From Pedobacter sp. (GTDB lineage: Bacteria > Desulfobacterota > Desulfuromonadia > Desulfuromonadales > Syntrophotaleaceae): 64,000 nt of DNA. The stretch is taken from positions 256,001 to 320,000 of the forward strand of contig JBFWJC010000001.1 of NCBI GenBank assembly GCA_050253415.1, read 5' to 3'. The stretch's first letter is position 1, and each line of letters opens with the position of its first letter. The notes beneath the pieces are model-generated. The model ran no database searches and was not told the origin of the DNA. It worked only from the letters and a program-made list of their open reading frames with translations. This document shows, piece by piece, positions 18,281 through 27,108 of the stretch. The position numbers and the translations under genes are program-made.

Positions 18281-19210
18281 TTATCTTTTTTCCTGTTGAT
18301 CTGCCAACTTTGAACGATCAAGTTTTTTGAGGCCTGATGCATACATGTCGAGTATGATTTCAGGACCACACTCTTCCATAACTCGGACCAGGGTTTTGTC
18401 ATAGTTATTGATAAACCAACGAAAGTCATTGGGTTTTGTTTTTTTTGTGGGAGATAGGAGTGTTATTTTTTTTGTCTCTCCCAAAAATTGCTTCCACCAA
18501 GCAGCAACTGGTCTCCTAGACCGGTTGCTATCGGTGCATAATTCCTTAAAGGACAAATAACTGTCGAGTAGGCCAAAGAGCATGCCCCCGGTTGTTTCTC
18601 CCTCGGCTAACGCTTTCATGATTGCCGTAGCGTTCTTGCGTTTAGCTTCAATTTCAAGACGCACCCAAAGGAAGTCTACTTTTTGTTCGGCGGCTTTGTC
18701 ATAAATGCGCAAATACATGCGGCTTGTACGACTACCAAACTTAATTGCCTTGCCTACTAATTTACCAGTTTGTTGATCGAAACCGTTTTCCACCCGGGGT
18801 GGGTTTTTAAAACGAGAGGTACACTGCCCTTGTCTTATGGCTTCTTCCATTTCATTCATATCCAGCATTCCGGCAAAATCATCTACAGCAAGATCAATGC
18901 GGGAAAAGGTTCCGCATATGTTCATTACCCTTTTAGCAATGGGGAGCAAATGTTTTTGAAGGGCTTCGCAAGCTTGACCGGTCAACCGTACATGGTGTCC
19001 CATTTGTTCGTGTCCACCATCAGTCAAGACTAGAATAGTGTTCGTATCATTGACATAACGGATTTTGTATCCATCTTGACCGTTTTGTTGCAGTTGAAAG
19101 TCTGAAAACGGAAGTTCGAGAATCTTGTTGAAGATGTTTTCAATGGGGGTCTCAGAGGGTATGGTAAAAGCCATCCAATGAATAAAACATGTCATTTGTG
19201 CCCCCTTCAT
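18281..19210 (-). CDS. Replication initiation factor (Rep_trans family)
   Basis: SRIDLAVD, FGSRTSRMYLRIYDKAAE and WVRLEIE motifs. ATG overlaps the upstream stop (ATGA). Confidence 0.88.
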   Translation of the reverse strand: MKGAQMTCFIHWMAFTIPSETPIENIFNKILELPFSDFQLQQNGQDGYKIRYVNDTNTILVLTDGGHEQMGHHVRLTGQACEALQKHLLPIAKRVMNICGTFSRIDLAVDDFAGMLDMNEMEEAIRQGQCTSRFKNPPRVENGFDQQTGKLVGKAIKFGSRTSRMYLRIYDKAAEQKVDFLWVRLEIEAKRKNATAIMKALAEGETTGGMLFGLLDSYLSFKELCTDSNRSRRPVAAWWKQFLGETKKITLLSPTKKTKPNDFRWFINNYDKTLVRVMEECGPEIILDMYASGLKKLDRSKLADQQEKR

Positions 19211-19602
19211 AATACAAGTCCCTCAAGTGACTCCTTTGTTTTTAGTTCTCTTCTCCATGCTGTAAGAATGGAGAAGATATAAGCTGCAGCTTCCTTCACC
19301 TCACTTTCAGAATCGCTTCGCTGGTTAGAAAGGGTGGCAAGGCCATTAAGTTGTCGGTGGTCATTCGGCCAGTTTCGCACTAAACCAATGAGAAATTGCC
19401 GAATTAATTTACGATTTTCAGTTTTATTGAAACCGAGGGTGATCAATTTTTGGGCTATAAGTTTTGAGCACCTATTGGGGCTAACTCTGATTTGTTTTCC
19501 TGTGGGACCATTATAGAAAATAGGGATCTCTAGCTTTTGCATGAATAAGTACTGAATAGGTATGTCTTCAATTAGAACCAAATTTAAATTGTTTATTATC
19601 AT
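19207..19602 (-). CDS. Hypothetical protein translationally coupled to Rep
   Basis: AAGGA RBS; the stop overlaps the rep start. Confidence 0.65.
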   Translation of the reverse strand: MIINNLNLVLIEDIPIQYLFMQKLEIPIFYNGPTGKQIRVSPNRCSKLIAQKLITLGFNKTENRKLIRQFLIGLVRNWPNDHRQLNGLATLSNQRSDSESEVKEAAAYIFSILTAWRRELKTKESLEGLVL

Positions 19603-19868
19603 TGCTTTTCCTTAAGCTTAAAAGAACAGATATGCATCTAAGAGATGGATATTCTATTGTTATTAAAATTTGTCCTGAAGTAAAAGTTATCAGGTCGGCT
19701 TCAAATATAATTATTCCTTAGGAGACCAAATGCGCATTTTGGTTCCCATAACATCAGGATGCCAAATGGGCCATCCGAACAAATCCGACAAATTTGAATA
19801 GACGAATGCGGGGCCTCGTTTCGTACGACGCCTCGTCTATTTTGCCGGAAGATATATGACTGAGATAT

Positions 19869-19892
19869 AAAAAGACCGCTGGGCAGCGGTTT
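19869..19892 (-). terminator. Intrinsic terminator in the leader of the rep operon
   Basis: Minus strand AAACCGCTG-CC-CAGCGGTC-TTTTT. Confidence 0.65.
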
Positions 19893-19964
19893 GAGAAGAA
19901 ACTATCAACTTATAGTGTCGGTATATTTAGTTTGAAATAGACCACAATATGCAGTAATGTGGGC

Positions 19965-19993
19965 ATAATAACTTAAAAACCGAAATTTGTCAA
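19965..19993 (-). promoter_or_regulatory. Strong sigma70 promoter facing the rep operon
   Basis: TTGACA-N17-TATTAT. Confidence 0.7.
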
Positions 19994-20126
19994 GGAGTTT
20001 TTTCAGGAAAACAGATAATTTTTCAGAAAAGAAAAGTTTCTCTGAAATTGATGCGGAAAAATAATTGCCCATCGTCACTTTCAGGTGGTGCACATACAAG
20101 TAGGGTCGACAGGTTGATAATTTGTC

Positions 20127-20642
20127 TTAATCCTCATGAATGCTTGATCCCGATTCACTGCCATGCGCCAAAGCCATGTCTTCAGCACTATCTACCAAAC
20201 GAGATTGTCTTTTCTTATCGAGTTGCCTAAAAGCCTTTAATAGCCTTTTTTCAGAAAGAGTTAAGTAACCCAATTGTCCCTTATCGGTCTCTATTCCAGC
20301 TAAGATAACCTTAACTAACTTTGATAGTCTATAAAGGTCTTCCGGTAGAGAGGAAACCTTTTTAGGTTTTTGATAGTTTTCATCTGCTCTTGCCCAATCA
20401 TACATATCAGGATAGGAGGGGGCGTCCGCGTCGCCTCCTGTCAACAATTCATCTAAACCAACCTGACCCAATTTTGCTATTTTTACGACGGTTTCAAACG
20501 AAGGTGACGTCTCTCCCTTTTCGTATGCAGATATAGAGCTAATTGCAACTCCCAGCTTTTCACCAAAATCTTTCTGGGTAAGACCTAACCCTGATCGAAT
20601 CTGGCGAATCCTTTTCCCAATTTGTTTTCGTTGATTAGTCAT
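20127..20642 (-). CDS. XRE-family repressor
   Basis: IGKRIRQIRSGLGLTQKDFGEKLGVAISSISAYEKGETSPS and C-terminal EKRLLKAFRQL. Start reassigned to MTNQRK. Confidence 0.85.
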   Translation of the reverse strand: MTNQRKQIGKRIRQIRSGLGLTQKDFGEKLGVAISSISAYEKGETSPSFETVVKIAKLGQVGLDELLTGGDADAPSYPDMYDWARADENYQKPKKVSSLPEDLYRLSKLVKVILAGIETDKGQLGYLTLSEKRLLKAFRQLDKKRQSRLVDSAEDMALAHGSESGSSIHED

Positions 20643-21045
20643 TTTGTTCCCATAGCAAACTTTCAGAAAAATCTTTACGAAGTACAGCATAGCTGAAAAA
20701 TGAGATAAAAAAAACCCTTTTTGCGATTGGCCTAATCGTAAGTTTCGGAATTTCACCGATGTGAAAAATAACCATGATTACCAATACTAAAAATAATTAC
20801 TACTAAATTAATTCAAGATCCTACATTAGAATATTTGACCAAACATTTATTAAGTAGTATCTAAATGAATATTTTTATTTCAGATAAGGAAGGGGGAAGG
20901 AGACTAGTGGACATGTCGGTTCCCTTTAACCAGAGGCCTTCAAGTAGTCACGACCAAAAGGTTAGAATACTTTCACATAATATCTGTTTGTTAATATCAA
21001 GAATGGCTCTTCGTATTTGTATGCACAGAAAGGGGATAAAGTTTT

Positions 21046-21861
21046 ATGAAAACCTTGGTTTTATTTATATTGGTAGTTGTTATTTTAATGGGTTGTGACG
21101 GAAAACAAAAAGAAATAGAGCTGTTGGATAAAATCCAAAGTTTAGAAAGTCAATTAGACGAGTGCCAAAATGGAGCAGATAAAATTCATGCTCAAATGAA
21201 ATTGTCATATGAAAAAAAGGACTATGAATTAACTAAAAATCTCTTTAAAGAAATGGAAAAAAGACACGCTGAGTCAGAACTTTTTGCAGAATCTAAGACC
21301 TTATACGAAAAAATAATAAAAATTGAAAAGGAAAAGGAACTAGAGGAAAAAAACAGAAAAGAGAGAGAGAAGCAACAGAGGTTGAAAGCTCTCGATAAGT
21401 TAGATAAAAAATACGACGACGTTGATGATATAACTTGGTACAGGAATGGTCTTTTTACTCACTATGTTGATTCTAATCTTACATCAATATATATCGGACA
21501 TAAAAAAAATTCAAACTGGCTTGTTTTGCAAATGTCATATGGGGGTGAAGACTGGATTTTTTTTGACAGAGCTTTTCTTTCTTATGATGGCAATACTAAA
21601 GAAATTAATTTTGATAAGTACAGTGAGAAAAAAACCGAAAACAGCGGTGGTGTAGTTTGGGAATGGATAGTCACCCTTGTGGACTCAGATACAGAATCAT
21701 TCTTACGTGAATTTTCCAAATCTAATAATGCAAAAATGCGGCTTACAGGAAAATATACTAAGACAAGAAATCTTAATAAGAAAGAGAGACAGGGGATAAT
21801 AGATGTGCTAAATGGTTACGATGTTTTAAAGGAAGAGAGTGGTATGAAGGATGTTCTTTAG
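21046..21861 (+). CDS. Cargo lipoprotein 1 (coiled coil plus globular domain)
   Basis: Signal peptide II MKTLVLFILVVVILMG-C, AAGGGG RBS, AT-rich. Confidence 0.8.
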   Translation: MKTLVLFILVVVILMGCDGKQKEIELLDKIQSLESQLDECQNGADKIHAQMKLSYEKKDYELTKNLFKEMEKRHAESELFAESKTLYEKIIKIEKEKELEEKNRKEREKQQRLKALDKLDKKYDDVDDITWYRNGLFTHYVDSNLTSIYIGHKKNSNWLVLQMSYGGEDWIFFDRAFLSYDGNTKEINFDKYSEKKTENSGGVVWEWIVTLVDSDTESFLREFSKSNNAKMRLTGKYTKTRNLNKKERQGIIDVLNGYDVLKEESGMKDVL

Positions 21862-22023
21862 GTATTAGCTGGAAATCGCGACATTCAAAATTTTTGAAAT
21901 GTCAGCTCTTGACTAAATAGTTTTAAAGATTACAGTAGTTATTAAATTAAGTAGCATAGCAAAATTTTGTATACCTGAATCAAAAAAGCTTATGCGTTTA
22001 TATTATATGAAATTGGAGTGGTT

Positions 22024-22437
22024 ATGTACAAGACATTGTTTCTAATTCTAATTGTTGTTCTGTTTGTTGCATCTTGTGGAAAAATTGGTTCAATAATTTA
22101 CAAAACCGACATTGAAAAAGTAATATATAGTCATTACAAGGTCACTGAAGAAGCTTATGTATTGAAGCCAATTTATTCCAATCCAAAATACGAATGGCCA
22201 GTTCCAATGATAGACTCAAAAGAAGACTTTGAGATAACGGTTATAAAAGTTGTTAAAAATGAACATGGAAATTATAAAAGAATGGCATTTGTTAAGATAA
22301 ATAACATAATTAATAATATGTCTTGGATAAAAAAATTGTCACAGCAGAAAAATGGAAAATGGGAAGTAGATTTAGGCCAAAGAATTGAAGATACGGAAGC
22401 CGAAATAGCAAAGGCTAGTAGGCTTGGTCGTATCTAA
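22024..22437 (+). CDS. Cargo lipoprotein 2
   Basis: Lipobox in MYKTLFLILIVVLFVAS-C; GGAG RBS. Confidence 0.75.
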   Translation: MYKTLFLILIVVLFVASCGKIGSIIYKTDIEKVIYSHYKVTEEAYVLKPIYSNPKYEWPVPMIDSKEDFEITVIKVVKNEHGNYKRMAFVKINNIINNMSWIKKLSQQKNGKWEVDLGQRIEDTEAEIAKASRLGRI

Positions 22438-22519
22438 AACTTATAGATTAAGGTAACCGTTTTTCATTTTTCAATGTCCCTTGCTTGTATTTTGGAAATG
22501 GTTAAAAGAATTTATGCAA

Positions 22520-22703
22520 ATGAGAGCCAAGTTATTTTTTTGATTACCGTTTTCTCTGCCTTTTTGGGTGGGTGTCCACTTTTCGTCGGGTAACTCGGAC
22601 ATTTAACGTTTCGTTTGATACAGTCTGGTCAACGATAATTTAACAAGAAGCAGAAGCTATTGATTGGGTCATTTGGGATGGTGTTGCAAAGCGTACTTCA
22701 TAA
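22520..22703 (+). pseudogene. Possible decayed third lipoprotein gene
   Basis: With frameshifts it reads MRAKLFF/LITVFSAFLGG-C/...TRTFNVSFDTVWSTII*. Confidence 0.35.
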
Positions 22704-22860
22704 TTGTTAGTCCCCTAGTTTTCCGTGAAACAAACGTGAACCTGACAAGCCATAATGAAGGGGAACCGGTCCCAAACTCGGTTCCCCTTCATAGGGCCAT
22801 TCTTTTAGAAAACCGAAATCTTCCCACTAAAACATAAAGTTTTTTGCCCTCCTTCTGGTA

Positions 22861-22907
22861 ACTGAAAATCCTCGTGTCGGCAGTTCGATTCTGTCTCTGG
22901 GCACCAT
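22861..22907 (+). repeat. att site (distal copy of the tRNA-Phe 3' half)
   Basis: Identical to 16316-16362 and lacks the tRNA 5' half. Confidence 0.95.
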
Positions 22908-22915
22908 TTGCATAC

Positions 22916-22949
22916 AAAAGGTCTGCGTTACCGACGCAGACCTTTTTTT
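22916..22949 (+). terminator. Original host tRNA-Phe terminator displaced by the insertion
   Basis: AAAAGGTCTGCGT/ACGCAGACCTTTT stem followed by a T-run, immediately after the distal att. Confidence 0.8.
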
Positions 22950-23129
22950 ATTCACGGGTAGCGTATCCATAGCCATTTCATAAGAACCGCCGATCGGTTC
23001 TTGCAAATTGCTGCGCTTTTTATTAATGTCTCGGACCGTTGTGAACCATCATCGGCCGTTCCGGGTCAGCGCGTCTTTCCCCCAATCCCGCCGAAAAAAT
23101 CCCGTTTATTGCCATCCGAAGCCAAGAAT

Positions 23130-23525
23130 ATGAAACAGCAAGTCAGACTGAACTGCCATGTCGATATGCCGTCGACCTGGATCAAGTATAAAAAAGATTT
23201 ATGCAACGACTGCATGGCCGTCTGTTGCAGTTTGCCCGTGGAAGTTACCATCACTGATCTGGTACGTATGGAGTTGGTCGATCCTTTTGATGCCCAGGAT
23301 CCTCCCAAGGAGATCGCCAAAAGATTGCGCAAGCAAGGAGTCATCGAGCATTTCAACTTCAAAAGCGCGATTTATACCCTGGCCAGACTGGCAAATGACG
23401 ACTGCATCTTTCTCGACCAGAAAACCCGCCGCTGTACCATCTACGCCAAGCGTCCCGATACCTGTCGCAATCACCCTCAGGTCGGGCCGCGTCCCGGTTA
23501 TTGTGCCTACCAACCAAACAGGTGA
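23130..23525 (+). CDS. YkgJ-family CxxCxxCC cysteine-cluster protein
   Basis: CNDCMAVCC, CIFLD and CTIYAKRPDTCR motifs. Confidence 0.85.
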   Translation: MKQQVRLNCHVDMPSTWIKYKKDLCNDCMAVCCSLPVEVTITDLVRMELVDPFDAQDPPKEIAKRLRKQGVIEHFNFKSAIYTLARLANDDCIFLDQKTRRCTIYAKRPDTCRNHPQVGPRPGYCAYQPNR

Positions 23526-23571
23526 GCACCGATCCAGGTTTTTAATGTTCCGTGGATGTGTTGTTCCATAT

Positions 23572-23606
23572 AAAAAAGCCGCGACCTGAATCAGGTGCGG
23601 CTTTTT
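23572..23606. terminator. Bidirectional terminator
   Basis: A6-GCCGC-GACCTGA/TCAGGT-GCGGC-T5. Confidence 0.7.
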
Positions 23607-23629
23607 CTGTGATTCACAACAAGATGCTG

Positions 23630-24322
23630 TTAAGGCGCATAGTTGCCGAGGGTTCTGCGAAGGGTCGCGGCAGAGGCCGGACTCCCTGCCCGTCCGGCAA
23701 AGATGTCCTCGACCGTGACGCTGTCCCTCCCGTAATAAGCCGTATTGTCTTCCCAGAGGATATTCAGGACCGAACCTTCCAGGGAGACGCCGGCAAAGAA
23801 TCCCCGCGACCGGCTATAGGAAAGGATCTCCGCCTTGAGCATTACGTCGGTGGCGCCTTCTACCCGCCGTCCTACCGGGCCAGCAGCCACTGCGGCGTCG
23901 GCACCGAGGGTGAATTTACCCTTTTTGATGTCTTCGATGCTGCGCTGGCTTTTAAAAACCAGGATAACATCCGTTGATTGCCCCCCGATTTGCCAGCCGA
24001 AGCTGCCTCCGCCGATGGACAGGAAGGTCGGGTTGCTCCAGCCACCACCGCTATCGCGTACCATCAAGACGCCTTCTCCGTAGCGGCCGCCAAGGATGAA
24101 GGCTCCCTTGATGACGCCGGGAATGATGGCGATGCCGTAGGCATTGCTGAGCAGGCTTGGGGGAATCGCCGATTCAGGAATTTCCATGATCTTGTCCAGC
24201 ACCGATATGGCCTGGTTGACGGTGTCTTCCTGTTCCGAGGCCGTCGCTATGCCACTTCCCAGCAGAGTCAACGCAGCCAGCATCGTGATCATCAGCAGAA
24301 TTTTATTCGTAAGTTTCGACAT
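23630..24322 (-). CDS. SYLF/YSC84 lipid-binding domain protein
   Basis: GGSFGWQIGGQSTDVILVF, AAGPVGR and YSRSRGFFAGVSLEG motifs; signal peptide. Confidence 0.88.
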   Translation of the reverse strand: MSKLTNKILLMITMLAALTLLGSGIATASEQEDTVNQAISVLDKIMEIPESAIPPSLLSNAYGIAIIPGVIKGAFILGGRYGEGVLMVRDSGGGWSNPTFLSIGGGSFGWQIGGQSTDVILVFKSQRSIEDIKKGKFTLGADAAVAAGPVGRRVEGATDVMLKAEILSYSRSRGFFAGVSLEGSVLNILWEDNTAYYGRDSVTVEDIFAGRAGSPASAATLRRTLGNYAP

Positions 24323-24367
24323 GCATTCTACCCTCCTTTCGATAAAATGGGTTGGCGGCGGTATTCC

Positions 24368-24910
24368 TTACCACCAGTAGGGATAACGATGCCAGTACGG
24401 GTATCGGTGCCAGTACGGAAACGGGTCATAGTAGTAAGGATAATAGGGATAAGCTCTCTGATAACGGTTTTCGGACCACAGATAGAGTTCGCCGATTTCG
24501 AAAACCGGATAGTGATAATTGGCCTTTTGCAGAGGCCGGACTTCGATGGCACGCAACGTACCGGTCAGGGTTACCAGTTTGCCAGCCTTATAGATGCTCG
24601 GGTCGAGCAGTCGCGAGCTACGGGCCAGGAACCGGCCCCCTTCTTCATCGGGATCCTGTGGTTCGTCGCGTTTATCAAGAGAGTACTTCAGTATCTCAAG
24701 GGTTGAACCGTCGTCGGTAACCTGGTTCTCAAGAATCAAGCCGCCGAGAATGACTGTTTTGCCCATGTACGTATCCGGCGAAGCTTTGAGGCGGGAATAT
24801 TCCACCTCGTAATTCACGCCGGAAAGGGCATCTTTGGAAAGAACCGAGCCGCAACCGGCCAGAAGTATAAGCAGGGCCGGAAGAAGCAACCAGAATAGTG
24901 AATTTTTCAT
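24368..24910 (-). CDS. Slp-family outer-membrane lipoprotein
   Basis: LLAG-C lipobox, VILGGLI, GRFLA and LDPSIYKAGKLVT motifs, and an aromatic C-terminal tail. Confidence 0.85.
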   Translation of the reverse strand: MKNSLFWLLLPALLILLAGCGSVLSKDALSGVNYEVEYSRLKASPDTYMGKTVILGGLILENQVTDDGSTLEILKYSLDKRDEPQDPDEEGGRFLARSSRLLDPSIYKAGKLVTLTGTLRAIEVRPLQKANYHYPVFEIGELYLWSENRYQRAYPYYPYYYDPFPYWHRYPYWHRYPYWW

Positions 24911-24997
24911 GACCGTCTCCTTGGGTGAAAAATTCTTTGTTGCAGCCTCCCCTTTGTACGAAAAACCTGCTTTACGGGTCTGAAAACCTCGAAGATT

Positions 24998-25576
24998 TCA
25001 GAAATCAATACCCGGTTGGGGTTCGATGTCGCGTCGGAAGGCATGTTTGATTTCCCGCACTTCGCTGACGGTGTCAGCCCGTTCGATGACCTGGGGATGG
25101 GCATTGCGGCCGGTGAGCACCAGGTGCAACAGAGGTGGCTTGCGGTCGAGCAGATCCATCACCTGCTCCAGATCGATCAGGTTCAGATGCAGGGCGTTGT
25201 TGATTTCATCAAGCACCAGCAGATCAAATTCCCCCGAAGCCATTTTCTCGCGTACCAGATCGATAGCGTCCTGGGCGTTGGCGCGGTGTTCCTCGAAGGG
25301 ATAAGGGTTGCCCTGAATGCCGCAAAATCCTTTACCGGTATGGTGCAATTCGACGCTGTCTCCGAGCTTTTTAATGCCGTCCCATTCCCCGGCATACAGA
25401 TCACCCTTCATGAACTGGATGATACAGCTGCGCATGCCGTGGCCGCAGGCCCGCAACACCATGCCCAGTGCGGAACTGGTCTTGCCTTTACCGTTGCCGG
25501 TCAGCACCACCACCAGCCCCTGGCGTTTTTCTGGCTGCAAGTGATCGATTTTATCAGGTGGTGTGCCTCTCGTCAT
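24998..25576 (-). CDS. cobO: Cob(I)yrinic acid a,c-diamide adenosyltransferase
   Basis: TGNGKGKTSSALG, QFMKG, LVLDEI, LVLTGR and KHAF motifs. Confidence 0.88.
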   Translation of the reverse strand: MTRGTPPDKIDHLQPEKRQGLVVVLTGNGKGKTSSALGMVLRACGHGMRSCIIQFMKGDLYAGEWDGIKKLGDSVELHHTGKGFCGIQGNPYPFEEHRANAQDAIDLVREKMASGEFDLLVLDEINNALHLNLIDLEQVMDLLDRKPPLLHLVLTGRNAHPQVIERADTVSEVREIKHAFRRDIEPQPGIDF

Positions 25577-25734
25577 GACATCCTCCGGGCAGGGGTTTTA
25601 TATCCTTTACGTCCTCCAGTTATTTTATACCAATTGCCGCTGCGCCGCATCTTTCCACTATCAGCTTTCGCCGATTGCCGACATCGAATGCTTTCCCTTT
25701 CAAATCACGGGTCAGGGTGTCGCTGGCAAATCGG

Positions 25735-27108
25735 CTACTCAAGGCCGTACTCGGCCCATCGGCGCTGTACCAGGGCGGTAATATCTGTATCGGGGCGTAA
25801 AACCTGCAAGCCTGCGGGGTCCATCGTGGCGTCGATACCGAGGCGGCCGTCCTGCACCAGAAGGTCCCGGCCCGGATCCATCCGGTTGAGAGTCCGCCAG
25901 AAAAAAGTCGCGGGGTCGCGTTGGTCACTGTCAATGGTGACCACCAGCAGGTGAGCAGCGTGCAAAGGGCCGCTTCGCCACAGCGCTTGCAGCAAGGAAC
26001 GTCCGCAGGTGCCCGGCCTGACGCTGATCAGGGTGACGCCGTGAAAGATACCTTCAACCGGCATGTGGATATCGACAATGTCAGGGTGATCGATGCGCAG
26101 TAGCCGCAGGATCAGACGTTCCGCGACTTTACCAAGATGACAGTTTTCCATGGGGGGCGGACCGACCACCGTGGTGGCAAAGATCGGCTCGGGGCGGTGG
26201 CTGATGTTTGTCACCCGCAACAACGGCACGTGGGCTGACGGCTGATAAAAACCGGTGTGGTTGCCGAATGGCCCTTCCATGGCGGTTTCCCCCGGCCAGA
26301 CCAGTCCCTCGATGACATATTCTGCATGGGCCGGCACGGGCAGGTCGCTGTGTTTCGATGGGGTCATGTCCATGGGATGACCACGCAGCAGTGCGGCCAG
26401 CGCAGCTTCGTTAATATCGGGAGGCAGGGGGAAGGCGGCGGCAAACATCATGGCAGGATCACCGCCAAGGGCGATACTGACCGGCATGGGCAGATTGCGC
26501 ATGTGCCAGGCCTGGCAGTGGCGGGCCGCATCGCTGCTGCTGCGCCAATGGATAGAAGCCTGCCGGGAGCCCGAAAGCTGCACGCGGTACATGCCGCAAT
26601 TGGCTATGCCACCGTCCGGATGGCGGGTGTAGACCTGCGGCAGGGTCAGGTAGCTACCACCGTCCCCCGGCCAGCAGTGCAAGGCCGGCAACCGAAAGAG
26701 ATCGGGATGGTCCATGACCACGCTGTGACAGATCCCCTGCTGTTGCAGGCGCGGGGCGAATTCGGGACGCTGCAGCAGACACCGCATGCGATTTTCGGAG
26801 GTCTCCCCGCCAGCCCCGGCCAGCCCCTGCGCCAGGCGTTCGGCAGCATCTTCGGCGTGGTTGACGCCGACCGCCCAGGCGGCGCGCCGGGCGGACCCGA
26901 ACAGGTTGGTGGCCACCGGGGCCCGGTAGCCGCGAACCCGTTGAAACAACAAGGCCTTCCCTCCTGCTGCGCCTTTACAGACGCGATCGGTAATGGCGGC
27001 AATTTCCAGCTGCGGGTCGACCTCGGCAGTTATCCGGTGCAGTTCATCCCGATTTTCAAGCAGGGTTAAAAACTGGCGCAGATCGCTAACCGCGGCCGGA
27101 ACGCTCAT
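25735..27108 (-). CDS. UbiD-family (prFMN) decarboxylase homologue
   Basis: NLFGS, DGGSYLT, NCGMYR, EGPFGNHTGFY and GIDAT motifs. Start reassigned to MSVPAAVS. Confidence 0.85.
   Translation of the reverse strand: MSVPAAVSDLRQFLTLLENRDELHRITAEVDPQLEIAAITDRVCKGAAGGKALLFQRVRGYRAPVATNLFGSARRAAWAVGVNHAEDAAERLAQGLAGAGGETSENRMRCLLQRPEFAPRLQQQGICHSVVMDHPDLFRLPALHCWPGDGGSYLTLPQVYTRHPDGGIANCGMYRVQLSGSRQASIHWRSSSDAARHCQAWHMRNLPMPVSIALGGDPAMMFAAAFPLPPDINEAALAALLRGHPMDMTPSKHSDLPVPAHAEYVIEGLVWPGETAMEGPFGNHTGFYQPSAHVPLLRVTNISHRPEPIFATTVVGPPPMENCHLGKVAERLILRLLRIDHPDIVDIHMPVEGIFHGVTLISVRPGTCGRSLLQALWRSGPLHAAHLLVVTIDSDQRDPATFFWRTLNRMDPGRDLLVQDGRLGIDATMDPAGLQVLRPDTDITALVQRRWAEYGLE

Noticed and set aside
19905..20099. 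64-aa minus-strand ORF in the element's control region
   Set aside because: It spans the promoter and repeated operator-like motifs, and has low-complexity composition and no RBS.
22861..22907. Second tRNA-Phe
   Set aside because: Only the 3' 47 nt are present; it is the att duplication.
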